Shown here piece by piece: positions 60,636 to 64,000 of a DNA stretch of 64,000 nt. Location: contig JAEYWX010000001.1 of NCBI GenBank assembly GCA_023428755.1, forward strand, positions 157,487 through 221,486, in the 5' to 3' direction. Source of the DNA: Bacteroidota bacterium. GTDB taxonomy: Bacteria > Bacteroidota > Bacteroidia > Chitinophagales > Chitinophagaceae. The notes below the pieces were generated by a model, which was not told the origin of the DNA, did not search any database, and saw nothing but the letters and a program-made list of their open reading frames with translations. The stretch's first letter is position 1. Every line of letters begins with the position of its first letter. The position numbers were made by a program, and so were the translations under genes.

Positions 60636-61718
60636 ATGAATAAGAATCACTACGTAGCCATCATGGCCGGTGGAATCGGCAGTCGTTTCTGGCCTATGAG
60701 CCGCACTGCATTTCCAAAACAGTTTTTAGATATTCTGCATACGGGTCGCACTTTAATACAGTCAACCTATGATCGTTATCTTCAGTTTATTCCCAATGAA
60801 AATATTTATGTGGTCACCTCCACCGAATATGCACACATTGTGAAGGAGCAATTGCCCGATCTGCCTGCTGAAAATATTTTGTGTGAACCATCACGCAAAA
60901 ACACGGCTCCCTGTATTGCCTATATTTCACACAAGCTCAACAAAATAAACCCCGAAGGTTTGCTCATCTGCGCCCCGGCTGATCATCTTATTCTGGATAC
61001 ACCGGCATTTACAAAGGTTTGTACCGATGTTTTTGAATTTGTTGGAAACATCAATGCATTGGTAACGCTGGGTATTAAACCGCATTATGCCAACACCGGT
61101 TATGGTTACATTCAGCATGAGGCAATGCCGGTAGCTGACAGTGTTTACAAAGTGAAAACGTTTACAGAGAAGCCAAATCTGGAATTGGCGAAAACCTTTC
61201 TGGCCAGTGGCGACTTTTTATGGAACGCCGGTATTTTTGTGTGGAAGGTGAAAACCATCATCAAAGCATTTGAAAAGTTTCTGCCGGAAATGAACGAAGT
61301 ATTTGTAGCAGAGAAAGAACACTTCAACACCCCTGCTGAACAGGAAGCCATTGAACGCATTTACCCGCAATGCACCAATATTTCCATTGATTATGGCATT
61401 ATGGAAAAAGCCGATAATGTGTATGTTGTTCCCTCTTCGTTTGGATGGAGCGATCTGGGTACCTGGAACAGTGCTTATGAAAACATGGAGAAAGATTATT
61501 TTGGCAACGCAGTGGCAGGCAAACATGTAATGATCATTGATGCCACGAAAAATGTAGTGCATGCCGATGATAAGAAACTGGTGTTACTGCAGGGCCTCGA
61601 TGATTTTATTGTAGTAGATACCAACGATGTATTGCTCATCTGCAAAAAAGAAAAAGAACAGGAGATCAAAGAATATGTGGCGGAGGTGAAGAGGAATATT
61701 GGCGATAAGTTCCTGTAA
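60636..61718 (+). CDS. manC: Mannose-1-phosphate guanylyltransferase
   Basis: MAGGIGSRFWPMSR..PKQF, EPSRKNTAP, FTEKP, WNAGIF, WSDLGTW. Confidence 0.95.
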   Translation: MNKNHYVAIMAGGIGSRFWPMSRTAFPKQFLDILHTGRTLIQSTYDRYLQFIPNENIYVVTSTEYAHIVKEQLPDLPAENILCEPSRKNTAPCIAYISHKLNKINPEGLLICAPADHLILDTPAFTKVCTDVFEFVGNINALVTLGIKPHYANTGYGYIQHEAMPVADSVYKVKTFTEKPNLELAKTFLASGDFLWNAGIFVWKVKTIIKAFEKFLPEMNEVFVAEKEHFNTPAEQEAIERIYPQCTNISIDYGIMEKADNVYVVPSSFGWSDLGTWNSAYENMEKDYFGNAVAGKHVMIIDATKNVVHADDKKLVLLQGLDDFIVVDTNDVLLICKKEKEQEIKEYVAEVKRNIGDKFL

Positions 61719-61778
61719 AAAACCGGAAACCTATGAAGCTATGTATTTGCTCAAAGCTCACAGCTAAAAGCTCGCAAC

Positions 61779-62030
61779 TCAATTCTTATTGCTGATAAAT
61801 TCAAATGCTTTAAAATCCCTGCGGAGAACGGCTTTCTTTACAAGCCCTGTGCGGGTGATCACTTTGTAGCGGTTCAGATCAATGAGTTCATGTGCTTTGC
61901 AGAAATTCTCCAGTTCTTCCACATGGTACAACACATCATGCAACCATTCCACTTCATGGTCGATTGCCTCCTGGCTCCGGTGTTCATTGTTCAGCAGAAC
62001 AAGTAAATCTCTCCGCTTATTCCTCTTCAT
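61779..62030 (-). CDS. Hypothetical protein
   Basis: 83-aa ORF from ATG 62030, co-oriented with the upstream small lipoprotein. Confidence 0.65.
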   Translation of the reverse strand: MKRNKRRDLLVLLNNEHRSQEAIDHEVEWLHDVLYHVEELENFCKAHELIDLNRYKVITRTGLVKKAVLRRDFKAFEFISNKN

Positions 62031-62045
62031 AACAGACAGCAATTT

Positions 62046-62174
62046 TTAATAACCCACCATTCCTTTTTTGTTGGGGCAGCCACAGTTATTTTTCTTTGAA
62101 GCACTGCAGCCACTGCCCAGCAGCAGCATTACTACTACTAACAAAAGAAAACTAAGTTTCGTTGAACGCTGCAT
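62046..62174 (-). CDS. Small predicted lipoprotein (42 aa)
   Basis: MQRSTKLSFLLLVVVMLLLGSGC lipobox-like; mature peptide CSASKKNNCGCPNKKGMVGY. Confidence 0.65.
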   Translation of the reverse strand: MQRSTKLSFLLLVVVMLLLGSGCSASKKNNCGCPNKKGMVGY

Positions 62175-62271
62175 CTGCAAACTCACAATTTTTTTTCGGA
62201 TCATTGGACAATTGTTTAAGACGTGATTTCTAAAATAACTACTTTCCGTCACAATTATTGTTATTTCGGCG

Positions 62272-63375
62272 ATGAATGGTCATAAAACTACACGGATATT
62301 ACTGGCTCCGCTCGATTGGGGACTGGGGCATGCCACCCGTTGTATTGTATTGATCCGGGCTTTTCAGGAACAGGGCTGCCAGGTTGTACTGGCGGCCGAT
62401 GCTGCAGTTGCTGCATTATTGCTGGCTGAGTTTCCCGGCATCCGCATCATTCCGTTAAAAGGATACAGTATCCGTTATAGTAAAGGTTCATCGTTAACCG
62501 GTAGTCTGCTGCGTCAATTACCCGGCATTCTGCGCAGCATTAAACAGGAGCAACAATGGCTTTCTGATCTGTTGCAACAGGAACAGTTCGATCTCATCAT
62601 CAGCGATAACCGACCGGGATTATGGAGTAAAAAAACGCCCTGTATTTATATCACTCATCAACTGCTCATACATTCAGGAAAAGGAAAATGGCTGAACCGT
62701 TTGTTGCAAAAAGCACATAGTCGCTACATGCAACATTTCAGCAAAGTATGGGTGCCCGATATGCCCGGCCATCAAAACCTGGCAGGTGAATTATCTCATC
62801 CATCCAACCCCATCATTACTCCTGTTTATCTCGGATTGATTTCACGACTGCAGCCAGCCTTCAATGCGCAACAATATGATTTGATGATCTTACTATCCGG
62901 TCCTGAACCACAACGAAGTATTTTTGAGAACAAATTGCTGGATCAGTTACAATCGTTCCGAAGTAAGGTTTTATTTGTGCGGGGATTACCCAACAGTACA
63001 ACAACGCTTACCGTTGCTTCAAACGTAACGGTCTACAATCATCTGCCGGCGCAACAGTTACAGGAAGCAATGGCAGCAGCAAAGCTGATTATTTGCAGAA
63101 GTGGTTATACAACCTTGATGGACCTTATCCGCTTGAATAAAAAAGCCGTCCTTATTCCAACGCCCGGACAGCCGGAACAGGAATACCTTGCTGCTTACAT
63201 GCAACGGCAATCGGTTTTCCCCTGTGTATCACAGCAGAGCTTTCATTTGAAAGATGCATTATGCTTTGCTGCTTCATTTGATTACAAGCAGCCATTTGCA
63301 GAAGATGCGTTTTCATTACATCAAAAGGTAATCGCCTCTACTTTGCAACAGCTTGAAAAAAGCGGGTACTCGTAA
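62272..63375 (+). CDS. GT-B glycosyltransferase (GT28 C-terminal-like)
   Basis: PLDWGLGHATRC, ISDNR, CRSGYTTLMD, PTPGQPEQEYLA. Confidence 0.9.
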   Translation: MNGHKTTRILLAPLDWGLGHATRCIVLIRAFQEQGCQVVLAADAAVAALLLAEFPGIRIIPLKGYSIRYSKGSSLTGSLLRQLPGILRSIKQEQQWLSDLLQQEQFDLIISDNRPGLWSKKTPCIYITHQLLIHSGKGKWLNRLLQKAHSRYMQHFSKVWVPDMPGHQNLAGELSHPSNPIITPVYLGLISRLQPAFNAQQYDLMILLSGPEPQRSIFENKLLDQLQSFRSKVLFVRGLPNSTTTLTVASNVTVYNHLPAQQLQEAMAAAKLIICRSGYTTLMDLIRLNKKAVLIPTPGQPEQEYLAAYMQRQSVFPCVSQQSFHLKDALCFAASFDYKQPFAEDAFSLHQKVIASTLQQLEKSGYS

Positions 63376-63378
63376 CTG

Positions 63379-64000
63379 TTACTTCCAGCCTTTGCGCTCA
63401 AAAAGAAACGTAAACGGCCGTTGTTTTTCCGGACGCAGGTTAAATCGTTTGATACTTTTTTCACGCAGCACTTCCATTGCTTCTTCAATCGAATCAGTAA
63501 CAACAAACAGTTGATCATCTTCAGGTGAAATGGTTCCTTGTTCTTTCATTAATCGTACATGCTCCATCACTTCCTTATGAAACTCTTTTCCAATTACGAT
63601 CACCGGAAAATCCTTGATCATTTTTGTTTGAATGAGTGTAATGGATTCAAACAACTCATCTAACGTACCAAAACCACCGGGCATGCAAATGAAAGCGTAC
63701 GAATATTTAATGAGTAATGTTTTGCGTACAAAAAAGTAACGGATGTTTACCCAACGATCAAGATAGGGATTGGGCTCCTGTTCGTGTGGCAAAACAATAT
63801 TACACCCTACACTTCTTCCACCCACTTCTTTGGCACCACGGTTGGCTGCTTCCATTAAACCAGGTCCTCCACCCGTCATTACAGTAAACCCCATCTTCGC
63901 AACCTCAGCCCCTACTTTTCGGGTGAGTTCATAATACTCATGTCCTTCATTGAAACGGGCCGATCCGAAAATAGTCACACATGGACCAACAAACGCCAGA
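63379..64000 (-). CDS. LOG family (TIGR00730) nucleotide phosphoribohydrolase, 5'-partial
   Basis: VTIFGSAR, TGGGPGLMEAAN, PGGFGTLDE; frame is open to the window edge. Confidence 0.92.
   Translation of the reverse strand, partial: LAFVGPCVTIFGSARFNEGHEYYELTRKVGAEVAKMGFTVMTGGGPGLMEAANRGAKEVGGRSVGCNIVLPHEQEPNPYLDRWVNIRYFFVRKTLLIKYSYAFICMPGGFGTLDELFESITLIQTKMIKDFPVIVIGKEFHKEVMEHVRLMKEQGTISPEDDQLFVVTDSIEEAMEVLREKSIKRFNLRPEKQRPFTFLFERKGWK

Overview
Core-genome-like window of a Bacteroidota bacterium, most likely Chitinophagaceae (inferred from TAnnTTTG promoter boxes, A-rich non-Shine-Dalgarno leaders, LytS/LytTR pairs, TonB receptors and gene content). About 60 CDS and 3 tRNAs (CAT, Asn-GTT, Phe-GAA). 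Housekeeping genes include rimP-nusA-infB-surA, purF, hflX, recQ, kdsD/kpsF, manC and a GTP-type PEP carboxykinase. There is also a MarR-linked redox cluster with three pirins, a paired secreted amidohydrolase, three two-component systems and a run of about 13 small co-oriented genes (DinB, DUF1801, VOC, SRPBCC, YciI, ankyrin). No CRISPR array, rRNA, integrase or transposase was found. Best candidate for an undescribed system: a probably leaderless, membrane-targeted, Cys-rich upstream ORF ending in WQPP, 40 nt ahead of a TonB receptor and ICMT-type methyltransferase. Its architecture parallels metal-sensing ribosome-arrest uORFs. Other signals seen directly: a duplicated MarR operator, REP-like doublets with 32-bp spacers, a LytTR-type 21-bp-period repeat, a rimP attenuator-like hairpin, an att-like scar at tRNA-Phe and an AT-rich orphan islet at tRNA-Asn. 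All family assignments come from motif recognition, not database searches.
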